DNA of 64,000 bases from Chthonomonadaceae bacterium. Its GTDB lineage: Bacteria > Armatimonadota > Chthonomonadetes > Chthonomonadales > Chthonomonadaceae. Positions within the stretch are counted from its first letter, which is position 1; each line of letters begins with the position of its first letter. Below the pieces are notes generated by a model, which saw only the letters and a list, made by a program, of their open reading frames with translations, was not told the DNA's origin and did not search any database. Below are positions 42,207-51,213 of the stretch, piece by piece. A program made the position numbers and the translations under genes. The stretch spans positions 1 to 64,000 of the forward strand of contig DASRGZ010000224.1 in assembly GCA_035650735.1 (NCBI GenBank). The letters are read 5' to 3'.

Positions 42207-43547
42207 ATGAAAACAGAAACCCTGTTTCTCAGCGCCCTGCTAACCGGCGCGGTCCTCGCCGGGCCGTGCGCAAACGCGGCGCAGAGCGAAACGCCGGAAG
42301 CGCTGAAGCAGAAGATCGAGGCTATGCGCCCCGCCCGGCACGTCTGGCGCGAAATTCAGTGGAAGACCTGCCTGCTGGAAGGGCTGCAAGAGGCGCGCGC
42401 ACGGAATAAGCCCGTGCTGCTGTGGGTCTTCATCCATCACCCGAACGACGAGCGGTGCTGAGTGTTCGCCGGGGCCGTCCGTGAGACGGTCTTTGCGAAC
42501 CCGGAGGTCATCCGTCGGGTCAGGGCCGCTTTCGTGCCTGTCGCCGTGCGGGCGGCAGATATGGAGCAGCCGCGCAGCGATGCAGAAGGGCGGCTCTTTC
42601 AATCCATCCGGCGTTCCCGGCTCGTCCCGCAGGGCCTCGCGATACTGAACAAGGATGGCCAAGTCTTGCAGTGGACCTTGATGTACGACGATAACAAGGC
42701 CGTCCTTGATGCGCTCGACCATGCTTTACAGCGCTTCCGACAGTTCCCGGATGCGAAACAGCCTGTCGTGACAGAACGGTACATGCGCTACCCGTCCCAG
42801 CGCGCGCCCGATTTCAACGAGGAAGCCCGGCCCTCTCCCCAATTGGCCCTCCACACGCCGGATAGTCCCTGCATCAGCAGCCCTCGCCTCCCGGAAGGAA
42901 TACTTGCGGCGCAGGTCATTGGCCGCGCGCTCGACAAGAACGGCCAGTACTCTCCCGATACACGGGCACAGGAACACTACATCGAGGACCAGTTCTCTCT
43001 TCCCCCGGATTTACAGGCGGAGTTGCTGCGCAGATGCGCGCAGGCGGGAACTGAGCGTGTCGAGTTGCCCGAAGGGTTCGCCTGGTTGGTGGCGACTCAC
43101 GCCTACCTAGGGCATCTTGACGTGCAGCCGCTGGATAATCCTCTCGGCGGGCACGAAACCAGGCCGGCGCAGATCAAGTTCTGGGCGCAGCCGATACGTG
43201 CCGACGGCCAACGCAAGACGCTGCGCGTGGAGGGAACTTCGGAGGTCGAAAGCCAGCTAGACCGCCCGGACAGCGGCTTCCTCTACAGCCACAACGTGCG
43301 CCTCGCCTGGGAGGGGTTCATCGAGTTGGACGGCCCCCGAATCCGACGCCTTCTGCTCTCCGCTGAGGGGACGGAAAGGCTCCGGTGGGGTTCTGAGCCG
43401 TTCTTGATGATGGCCCGCACCCAGAGTCCGACAGCCTACCTGCCCGCCGGGCATCCGATCTCTCTGGAGACTGCGGTTCGGTACGGCATCCTCATGGAGC
43501 CGGTCGCCTCAAGCAAGACGCCGCGCGGCCTACCCATTAAGCAGTAA
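42207..43547 (+). CDS. Probable exported selenoprotein with SelN-like Cys-Sec motif (UGA 42459-42461 = Sec85; 446 aa)
   Basis: RBS GGAGG and signal peptide. Both ORFs are in one frame, separated only by TGA. Context NKPVLLW..DERC*VFAGAVRETV, with a SECIS-like hairpin directly downstream. Confidence 0.75.
42464..42500 (+). promoter_or_regulatory. Bacterial SECIS-like stem-loop
   Basis: 16-position stem with one C:U mismatch and three G-U pairs; apical loop CGUGA lies 18 nt after the UGA. Confidence 0.7.
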
Positions 43548-43762
43548 ACGACAGGAAACGGGGTCGGAAATATACGCTTGTCCAGACTCGTCTATCAATA
43601 CTGCGTCCATTGCCAACGACAGGAAACGGGGTCGGAAATATACTTGCCGCAATAGTCGATCCCGGCGCAGGCCCGGACGCAACGACAGGAAACGGGGTCG
43701 GAAATATACCCCTACAAGCACGCCTGCTTGATAGCGTCCCCAATACACGATAGGCAACAGGG
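43547..43762. CRISPR. Orphan CRISPR-like mini-array
   Basis: AACGACAGGAAACGGGGTCGGAAATATAC identical at 43547, 43615 and 43681; degenerate copy at 43746; unique spacers of 39, 37 and 36 nt; no cas genes in the window. Confidence 0.65.
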
Positions 43763-43787
43763 CGCCTACGGTGTATAATATTTGGCT

Positions 43788-44894
43788 ATGCTCAGCGCCC
43801 GACTACGCAAAAATCTGGACGTGCCGCTGCTGGCCCTGACCTACCTGATCGCCGCGCTAGGGGTTATCGTCATCTTTAGCGCCACGCGCGGTGATCCCAC
43901 CCCGTTTTATAAAAAGCAGATCCTCTGGATGGCTGTCGGGACGGTGGGGTTGGCGGCGGCAGCCTTCATAGACTATCACCACTATGCCCGCTTCTCCCGG
44001 CATCTCTACGCGCTGAACCTGCTGCTGCTGGCGCTGGTGAGCAGCGGCAAGTTGAGCCACGCGGCCAAGGGCGCGGCGCGCTGGATCAACATCGGCGGAT
44101 TCCAGCTACAGCCCTCGGAGTTCGCCAAGCTCTTCCTGATTATCACGCTGGCGGTCTTCCTGGCGAAGCGGCACGAGAGCATCAAGCAGGGTAAAACGCT
44201 GCTGCTCTCCTTCCTCTACATTGCCGTTCCCGTCGCCCTCATCTTCAAGCAGCCGGACCTGGGCACGGCGCTGGTCATCCTTGCCATCTGGTTCGGCATG
44301 ATCTATATGGCCGGCGCACGCATCCTCCACCTCATCGCCATTCTGCTGGCCGGTGTACTGCTCTTTACGGGCCTGTGGTATTCGGGCAAGCTGAAGGACT
44401 ACCAGAAAAACCGGCTGATCTCGTTTGTCAACCCGGAGGCCGACCCGAAAGAGACCGGCTATCACGTTCTTCAGGCGCGGATCGCCATCGGCTCCGGCGG
44501 AATGTGGGGCAAAGGGCTGGGCCACAGCACGCAGGTGCGCGGCGGCTACGTCCCCGAAAAGCAGACCGACTTTATCTTTACCGACGTCGGCGAGGAGCTG
44601 GGGTTTGTTGGCTCGGTAACGGTAACGCTGCTCTATGCGGCTCTGCTCCTGCGGGGCGTGTTCATCATCGCCGCCGCCGACGAGGATATCCTGGGCAAGC
44701 TCATGGCGACGGGCGTCGTCACGATGTTTGCCTTTCACGTGATCGTCAATATCGGCATGAATATCGGCATCATGCCGGTCGCCGGCGTGCCGCTGCTGTT
44801 TTTCTCCTATGGCGGCAGTAACATGATCGTGGCCCTGGCCTCTATCGGCCTCCTGCAAAGCATCGCCATGCACCGGCACCAGTTGCTATTTTAA
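43788..44894 (+). CDS. rodA: Rod shape-determining protein RodA (SEDS)
   Basis: GAARWI, QPSEFAK, QPDLGT, IAIGSGG, PEKQTDFIF and SYGGS motifs. Confidence 0.93.
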   Translation: MLSARLRKNLDVPLLALTYLIAALGVIVIFSATRGDPTPFYKKQILWMAVGTVGLAAAAFIDYHHYARFSRHLYALNLLLLALVSSGKLSHAAKGAARWINIGGFQLQPSEFAKLFLIITLAVFLAKRHESIKQGKTLLLSFLYIAVPVALIFKQPDLGTALVILAIWFGMIYMAGARILHLIAILLAGVLLFTGLWYSGKLKDYQKNRLISFVNPEADPKETGYHVLQARIAIGSGGMWGKGLGHSTQVRGGYVPEKQTDFIFTDVGEELGFVGSVTVTLLYAALLLRGVFIIAAADEDILGKLMATGVVTMFAFHVIVNIGMNIGIMPVAGVPLLFFSYGGSNMIVALASIGLLQSIAMHRHQLLF

Positions 44895-44950
44895 TTGCCC
44901 GTCCCTATCCTTACTTCCACTCCAGGTCTAGGGGCGGACAAATCGGTTTT

Positions 44951-45092
44951 AGCGACGGAATAGAATTCCTTCGCTGTAGGGCGCTACGCGCCGCGTGTCC
45001 CTGCGGGACACGTGCCGGCTGCCGATAGGAAGGGTGTCCCGGAGGGACACACAGCCATCGGCTCTATAGCGAAGGGTTTCTAACCCGTCGCT
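44951..45092. repeat. REPIN-like nested palindrome
   Basis: 29-bp imperfect IR (44951 / 45064) enclosing two GTGTCCC-N3-GGGACAC hairpins. Confidence 0.75.
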
Positions 45093-45154
45093 GTCCTCCC
45101 TTGAACCGTTTAGGGAAGGGATTTCCCAAATCTGTTATTGAAAGGGTTTCACGT

Positions 45155-47179
45155 TTGGCAGTTCGACTTCAAAAATGGGCGCAAGAGCCGGAGACGCCGA
45201 CCGAGACCGCCTCCATTCGCGCCCGGCCTGCCGGCATCACCCCCCGCGCGCTCCTCATCGGCCTGCTGCTTATTCCCTTGATGTGCTACTGGAACGAGTA
45301 CACGGAAATTGTGGCCGAGGCGACCGACCTGGCGGCGATGTCGCTGATCATCGCGGTGGTGTTCGCCCTGTTCGTGCTGGTGATGCTGAACCTGTTCCTG
45401 AAAAAGTTCTTCCCGCGCTGGGCCTTCACGCAGGCCGAGCTGATGTATATCTATATCATGCAGACCGTCTCGATAGGCATATCGGGCATCGGCATGATCC
45501 AGTTTTTGAATACCTTCCTCGGCAACATCTTCTACTACGGAACCCCCGAAAATCGCTGGAAAGAGACCTTCCTGCCGGCGATACGCGGCTGGCTGCTGCC
45601 CGATGAGTCCGTCATGAAAGCCTACTACATCGGACAGAGCACCTTCTGGAGGTGGGACCATGTTCTCGGCTGGCTCTCGCCCATCCTGGTCTGGTCGGCC
45701 TATATCGTGGTGCTGCTGTGGGTGATGCTCTGCCTGAACGCGCTCATCCGCAAGCAGTGGATGGACCAGGAGCGGCTGAGCTTTCCCATCGTGCAGCTGC
45801 CCCTGGAGATCACGCGCGAGGGCGGCTCGGTGGAGATGTTCACCAGCCGGCAGATGTGGATCGGGTTTTTGATTCCGGTGGTGCTGGAGTCGCTGGCGAG
45901 CCTGAACTATCTGTATCCCTCCATTCCCTTCCTGCCCATCAAGCCGAGCGATCCGCGCCTGAACCTGACTCCCTTCTTCGCCAACAACCCGCCCTGGAGC
46001 GGCGTCGGCGAGCTGGTGCTCGGATTCTATCCGCTGGTTATCGGGCTGACCTACTTCCTGCCTCTGGATGTGGCCTTCTCGCTCTGGTTCTTCTACCTGT
46101 TCGCCAAATTTCAGAACGTGGCGGCGACAGCGCTGGGCTACCACGATCCGGGGGCGAGCCTGGCGATGTCGCGCATCCCGTATGTGGGCGAGCAGTCGGC
46201 GGGGGCGTTCCTGGGCGTGGCCATCTTTGCGTTCTGGGGGATGCGCCGCCATCTCAAGGCAGCGTTTCGGCAGGCCCTCCACCTGGCACGCACCCGCGAG
46301 ATAGACGACGCCAACGAGCCGATGTCCTACCGGCTGGCACTCTTCGGCGGGATGGCCGGGTTCGCGGCGCTGGTCGCCTTCGGCATCGCCATCGGCATGA
46401 GCTGGTACGTGCCGATTGTCTTCTTCTGCCTCTACTACCTCTACGTCATCACGTTCACGCGGATTCGGGCGGAGGCGGGCCTGCCCTGGGGCTTCGGACC
46501 GGACATGAACGTACACGGGCTGATGAAGGCGGGCGTGGGAACGCGGGCGTTTAGCTTCGCGGATCAGGTGGGCCTGCACATGATCCTCTGGCACGATCTG
46601 GATTACCGCTGCACGGAGATGCCCAACCAGTTGGAGGCGATGAAGATCGGAGAGTCGTCGCGGATGAACCTGCGGCATGTGGCCGCCGTGATTGTGCTGG
46701 CGACCATCGTCGGCGCGCTCTCCTCCTGGGCGGCGGTGCTGACCTGCTACTACCAGAACGGCGCGGCGACGGCGAAGGTCAATAGCTGGCGCACCGACAT
46801 GGGCAAGGTGCCCTGGCAGACCCTCAAGGACTGGGTAGACAATCCGACCAAGCCGGACCTGGCCCGCATGGAGGGCGTGGGCATCGGGCTGCTCGCAACG
46901 GCGTTCCTGATGGCGATGCGCTCGCGGTTCACCTGGTGGCCGTTCCATCCCATCGGCTACGCGGTCGCCGGGACGTTTACGATGCACTGGCTCTGGAGCG
47001 CCACCTTGATCGGCTGGCTGATCAAGCTGCTCATCATCCGCTACGGCGGCATGAAGTCCTACCGCCGCTATATCCCGTTCTTCATCGGCCTGATCCTGGG
47101 CGACTACATGACGGGCAGCGTGTGGGCCATTTACGGCTCGATCTTCGGCGTTCGCACCTACCGCGCCTTCCCGATCTGA
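45155..47179 (+). CDS. DUF6785/DUF6784-like polytopic membrane protein (putative transporter)
   Basis: RKQWMDQERLSFP, RIRAEAG, WWPFHPIGY and PFFIGLILG motifs. Confidence 0.75.
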   Translation: MAVRLQKWAQEPETPTETASIRARPAGITPRALLIGLLLIPLMCYWNEYTEIVAEATDLAAMSLIIAVVFALFVLVMLNLFLKKFFPRWAFTQAELMYIYIMQTVSIGISGIGMIQFLNTFLGNIFYYGTPENRWKETFLPAIRGWLLPDESVMKAYYIGQSTFWRWDHVLGWLSPILVWSAYIVVLLWVMLCLNALIRKQWMDQERLSFPIVQLPLEITREGGSVEMFTSRQMWIGFLIPVVLESLASLNYLYPSIPFLPIKPSDPRLNLTPFFANNPPWSGVGELVLGFYPLVIGLTYFLPLDVAFSLWFFYLFAKFQNVAATALGYHDPGASLAMSRIPYVGEQSAGAFLGVAIFAFWGMRRHLKAAFRQALHLARTREIDDANEPMSYRLALFGGMAGFAALVAFGIAIGMSWYVPIVFFCLYYLYVITFTRIRAEAGLPWGFGPDMNVHGLMKAGVGTRAFSFADQVGLHMILWHDLDYRCTEMPNQLEAMKIGESSRMNLRHVAAVIVLATIVGALSSWAAVLTCYYQNGAATAKVNSWRTDMGKVPWQTLKDWVDNPTKPDLARMEGVGIGLLATAFLMAMRSRFTWWPFHPIGYAVAGTFTMHWLWSATLIGWLIKLLIIRYGGMKSYRRYIPFFIGLILGDYMTGSVWAIYGSIFGVRTYRAFPI

Positions 47180-47185
47180 TCGGGC

Positions 47186-47251
47186 ACCTAACCCCACGGC
47201 CTGTGGCCCTCACCCCCTGTCCCCCTCTCCCGCAACGTCGGGAGAGGGGGA
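47186..47251. repeat. REP-like family A copy
   Basis: ccctcaccccctgtccccctctcccgcaacgtcgggagaggggg. Confidence 0.75.
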
Positions 47252-47334
47252 CCTAGCTTTTCCTCAAACCAGGCAGCGAGAAAGTGGCCCATTTCGGGTA
47301 TCCTGAACGTAGCTTCCGTTTCCATTTTCAAACG

Positions 47335-48732
47335 ATGACCCAGAAGACCACCAACAGGCTCTCGCGTTCCGATAAGCCGGGCAGGCGCCTCCACGCCCCA
47401 GGGCCGGCGCAGGAAGAGATAGCGCCAGACCTTGCTATGGCAGATAGCGCGGACGGGCGCGACCCGCGCATGGTGCGCTGGAATCTGGGCGCGCTGATGC
47501 TGGACGTGACCTGCTTCTCCGTCGGGATGGCGTTCCTGGATCTGAGCGCCGTGCTGCCGCTGCTGCTGGAGCGCCTGGGCGCTACAGGAGTGCTCATTGG
47601 GGCCTTTGCGGCGCTGCGCACCCTCTCGTTTAATGCCGTGCAGGTGTTTGTCGCCTATGCCGCGCACGGCCTGCCGCGCCAGAAACCGATCCTGGCCTGG
47701 ATCGCCGGCCTCACCCGCCTGCCCTTGCTGATACTGCCCTTCTTTCTCTGGCACGCCGCCGACTCGGAACTGTCCCGCCTGTTCGCGCTGCTGGCAACCT
47801 TCCTGATACTTTCCGTCTGGGCGCTTGGCGACGGCCTGGGCTATGTTCCCTGGATGGAGATCGTCGCACGGGCCTTCCCGGCGCGCACGCGCGGGCGCTT
47901 CTTCGCCGCCACGCAACTGGCTTCCGGGCTGGCCGGCATCGGCATTGCCGCGCTGATCGTGCGCAACATCCTAGCTTCGCCTCGCCTGCCCTACCCGCAC
48001 AACTACGCGTTGCTGGCCGGCATTTTTGCGCTGATGATGCAGATTTCGATGGTCGGCGTACTCTTGATCCGGGAGCCGCCCGCGCCGGATCTTGCCCCTC
48101 CGAGGCGGCCACCGCTCAGCGACTATTTCCGTCGCCTGCCCGCCCTGATTCGCGCCAACCCTACCTTCATGCGGCTGGCCCTGATTCAACTGCTGGTCGG
48201 GTTCGGCTCGGCCTCTGCGCCCTTCTACGTCCTCTACGCCCTCAGCCGCTTCCGCCTGGACGACGCGTGGGGCGGCACCTATCAGGTGATGCAGGCCGTC
48301 GGGATCGTCGCGCTGATGCCCGTCTGGACCTATCTGAGCGAGAAGCGCAGCCCGGCGGCTGCCGTGCGCGGCCTGGCGCTGGCCTGCCTGCTGTCTCCTG
48401 TTCTGGCGATGACCGTCGGCACGCTCCACCCCCTCCTGTTCGGCCTCGTGTTTCTGCTGATGGGCGGCAGCCTGGGCTGGGGCATGTGGATCGTGATGAA
48501 CCACTTCCTGCTCTCGCATATTACCGAAGACGAGCGGCCCATTTTTGTCGCGCTGCTCAACCTGCTGTTTGCGCCCTCCGCGCTCTACCCGTTCTTCGGC
48601 GGCCTGCTTGTCCAGCAGAAGCAGTTTCTGAGCGTGTCCGGCGTTCCCGTCCTTTTCCTGCTGACGAGCCTGGTCATTGCCGTTGGCTTTGCGCTGGCCC
48701 TGCGCCTGCCCGCACCGGACGCTCAAACGTGA
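47335..48732 (+). CDS. MFS transporter
   Basis: About 12 hydrophobic segments; PWMEIVARAFPARTRGRFF motif. Confidence 0.82.
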   Translation: MTQKTTNRLSRSDKPGRRLHAPGPAQEEIAPDLAMADSADGRDPRMVRWNLGALMLDVTCFSVGMAFLDLSAVLPLLLERLGATGVLIGAFAALRTLSFNAVQVFVAYAAHGLPRQKPILAWIAGLTRLPLLILPFFLWHAADSELSRLFALLATFLILSVWALGDGLGYVPWMEIVARAFPARTRGRFFAATQLASGLAGIGIAALIVRNILASPRLPYPHNYALLAGIFALMMQISMVGVLLIREPPAPDLAPPRRPPLSDYFRRLPALIRANPTFMRLALIQLLVGFGSASAPFYVLYALSRFRLDDAWGGTYQVMQAVGIVALMPVWTYLSEKRSPAAAVRGLALACLLSPVLAMTVGTLHPLLFGLVFLLMGGSLGWGMWIVMNHFLLSHITEDERPIFVALLNLLFAPSALYPFFGGLLVQQKQFLSVSGVPVLFLLTSLVIAVGFALALRLPAPDAQT

Positions 48733-48741
48733 TATAATGAA

Positions 48742-48979
48742 ACCACCCGCTACGCTGGAGCCGCAGAGACACGGAGGAAAAGCCACATGGAGAAAGACAA
48801 CAACCTTTTTGACAGGATGAACGGGATGAACCGGATTTCAACAACACAGACAAGCCGGGCTTCTCTCTTGATGTAATCCTGTACATCCGGTTAATCCTGT
48901 CTCAAACTCTGGTCTTTTCTCTGTCTTTCTCTTTGCCTTTCTCCGTGTATTCTCCGTGCCTCTAGCGTTAGCGGGTGGT
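48742..48979. repeat. Nested inverted-repeat (MITE/REP-like) element
   Basis: ACCACCCGCTA/TAGCGGGTGGT outer arms, CACGGAG/CTCCGTG middle arms, GACAGGAT/ATCCTGTC inner arms. Confidence 0.75.
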
Positions 48980-49004
48980 GAAATCTGCATTAGGAAGGAA
49001 GTGT

Positions 49005-50060
49005 ATGTCACTGCATGCGGAACTGCACCGGCATCTGGGGGGCGCCATCGTGCCGCGCATCTTCTGGCGCTTCCTCCACCGCACGGGCCATCCCCTGGCC
49101 GAGGTCTACCCGCAGTACGAGGCTTTTGAGGCGTTCATCACGCGCCCGCGCGCCAGTCTCACCGAATTCCTGGAGCTGCACACGCTCGTTGAGCAGGTAC
49201 AGCGCCTGGAGACGCTGCCCTACTTCGTCTCCAAGCTCGTGCGCGGCGCCTATATTTTTGAGGGTATTCTCTATCTAGAGCTACGGCACACGCCCTACTA
49301 TCGCACCGACACCCATCTCAGCCCGGCGGATCGGATGCGGCAGATGCGGGAGGTGGTGCGCGTCATCGGCGAGGCGGGCTACCAGCCGGATTATCCGCTG
49401 CGCATGCGGCAGATACTCTGCATGCACAGCCGTCTGCCCGTCGAGATTAACCGCGCCATTATCGAGCTGGCCGCCAGCGAGCCGGACCTGGTCTGCGGGG
49501 TAGATCTGGCCGGGCCGGATACGCTCTATGCGTCCCGGCTCGAGGATCTGGAGGACCTGTTCCGTTATGCGCGCTCCTTCGGCCTCAAGACCACATGCCA
49601 CCTGTTTGAGACGGCCAACGGGTTCTACCCGCAGCTTCTGCCCTATCTGGATCGCGTCGGGCACGGCCTGCAAATACCGCTAGAGCGGCCCGACCTGCTG
49701 CCTCTAGTCGCGGCGCGGGGGCAATGCCTGGAGATCTGCCCGACCTCCTACCTCAAGACCGGAACCCTGTCCGACCTGAGCGTCCTGCGCACGGTCTTTA
49801 CTCGCTGCGAGGAGGCCGGGGTGGATGTCGCCATCTGTACCGATAATCCGGGCCTGCATAACGTCCGGCTGCCCTTTGAGTACGAAAACCTGCTGACCCT
49901 GGATGTGATTGACTTCGGTCAACTGCGCCGCTGCCAGGAGGCGGCGTTCCGCCATGCCTTCGCCTGGCCGCACGGCGAGTCGCCCAACGCCCTCCTGCAC
50001 TCGCTGGCCGCGCCGGGTTCGGAGCCGATGACGCCTCCGGCTGCCCCTACCGGCAGGTAA
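49005..50060 (+). CDS. Adenosine deaminase family protein
   Basis: AELHRHLGG, YLELR, GVDLAG, RVGHG, LEICPTS and TDNP motifs. Confidence 0.88.
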   Translation: MSLHAELHRHLGGAIVPRIFWRFLHRTGHPLAEVYPQYEAFEAFITRPRASLTEFLELHTLVEQVQRLETLPYFVSKLVRGAYIFEGILYLELRHTPYYRTDTHLSPADRMRQMREVVRVIGEAGYQPDYPLRMRQILCMHSRLPVEINRAIIELAASEPDLVCGVDLAGPDTLYASRLEDLEDLFRYARSFGLKTTCHLFETANGFYPQLLPYLDRVGHGLQIPLERPDLLPLVAARGQCLEICPTSYLKTGTLSDLSVLRTVFTRCEEAGVDVAICTDNPGLHNVRLPFEYENLLTLDVIDFGQLRRCQEAAFRHAFAWPHGESPNALLHSLAAPGSEPMTPPAAPTGR

Positions 50061-50118
50061 TGCCGGCTTGCATAGCGACGTTCTGGCCGAATTCCCCTAT
50101 AAGGAGAAGAAAAATAGA

Positions 50119-51207
50119 ATGCGCCTACGACAAAGGCCCCTTTGGACCCCACTAAGCAGAAAGACCTTCCTGGCGGCGCTCGCCGCCGCGCTGGCGCTGG
50201 CGGCCTTCGGCTGCGGACGCGCCAACGAGAACGCGACCGCAGCCCCCACCTCCGGCGGGAAAGCTGCCAGCGTCGGCACAGGTAGCGGCGGCAATTTCCG
50301 GGTTGCGCTGGTGATGTCCGGCCCGACCAGCGATAACGGCTGGAACGCGGGCGCCTACAATGCGCTGCTGGCCGTGCGCAAGGAACTCAACCTGAGCGAG
50401 CAGGACTCGCCCTCCGTTGACAGCCAGAGCACGCCGGAAAAGCGGGACGAGAGCCTGCGCGCCTTCGCCAGCAAAGGCTTCAATATCGTCTATGGGCACG
50501 GCAACGAGTACGAGGAACCCGCGCTTAAGATGGAGAGCGAGTTTCCGCAGACGCTGTTTGTCATCTCGTCGGGCCGCAAGGTCGGCCACAACACCACGCC
50601 CATCATTATTGAGCTGGAAGACGGAGCCTACCTGGAGGGAATGCTGGCGGCCAGCATGAGCAAGGCCAATAAACTCGGACTGGTAGGCGCCCAGGAGATT
50701 CCGCCCGTGCAGAGCGTCTTCCAGGCGTTTGAGGCAGGGGCAAAGGCGGTCAAACCCACTATCCAGGTGCTCAAGCCGCTCTATACCGGCAGTTGGGATG
50801 ACGTCGGCAAAGCCAAGCAGGCCACGCTGGCCATCATTGACCAGGGCGCAGACGTCATCATGCAGGACGTGGACGCGGCGGCACAGGGGGTCTTTAACGC
50901 CGTGCAGGAGCGCAAGGATAGAGGCGTCTGGGCGCTTGGCACCAACAGCGACCAGAACAAGGCCGCGCCCGATGTGATCCTGGCGAGCGCGCCCATCTAC
51001 TACGACAAAGCCTTTATCTCCATCGCCAAAGAGGTCAAGGCCGGTACGTTCCAGCCCAACAACAGGCCATTCGGGATGAAAGAGGGCGTGGTCGGCTTCG
51101 TGCTTAACCCGGCGCTAGCGGATAAAATCCCCGCCGACCTCAAGGCTAGGCTGGAGGAGACCCAGAAGAAGATCACGGAGGGCTTACTGGCCGTGCCGAA
51201 AGGATAG
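50119..51207 (+). CDS. BMP-family nucleoside ABC substrate-binding lipoprotein
   Basis: Lipobox AFGC; SDNGWN, AYLEGMLAA and YTGSWDD motifs. Confidence 0.9.
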   Translation: MRLRQRPLWTPLSRKTFLAALAAALALAAFGCGRANENATAAPTSGGKAASVGTGSGGNFRVALVMSGPTSDNGWNAGAYNALLAVRKELNLSEQDSPSVDSQSTPEKRDESLRAFASKGFNIVYGHGNEYEEPALKMESEFPQTLFVISSGRKVGHNTTPIIIELEDGAYLEGMLAASMSKANKLGLVGAQEIPPVQSVFQAFEAGAKAVKPTIQVLKPLYTGSWDDVGKAKQATLAIIDQGADVIMQDVDAAAQGVFNAVQERKDRGVWALGTNSDQNKAAPDVILASAPIYYDKAFISIAKEVKAGTFQPNNRPFGMKEGVVGFVLNPALADKIPADLKARLEETQKKITEGLLAVPKG

Positions 51208-51213
51208 CTCCGC

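Noticed and set aside
43530..43757. Minus-strand ORFs with repeated VYFRPRFLS peptides
   Set aside because: Translation shadows of the DNA repeat. Repeat periods are not all multiples of three, so this is not a protein repeat.
45149..47197. Long antisense ORFs (also 23975-25750, 39583-41034 and 6020-7363)
   Set aside because: Shadow frames of real genes in GC-rich DNA, with no recognisable motifs.
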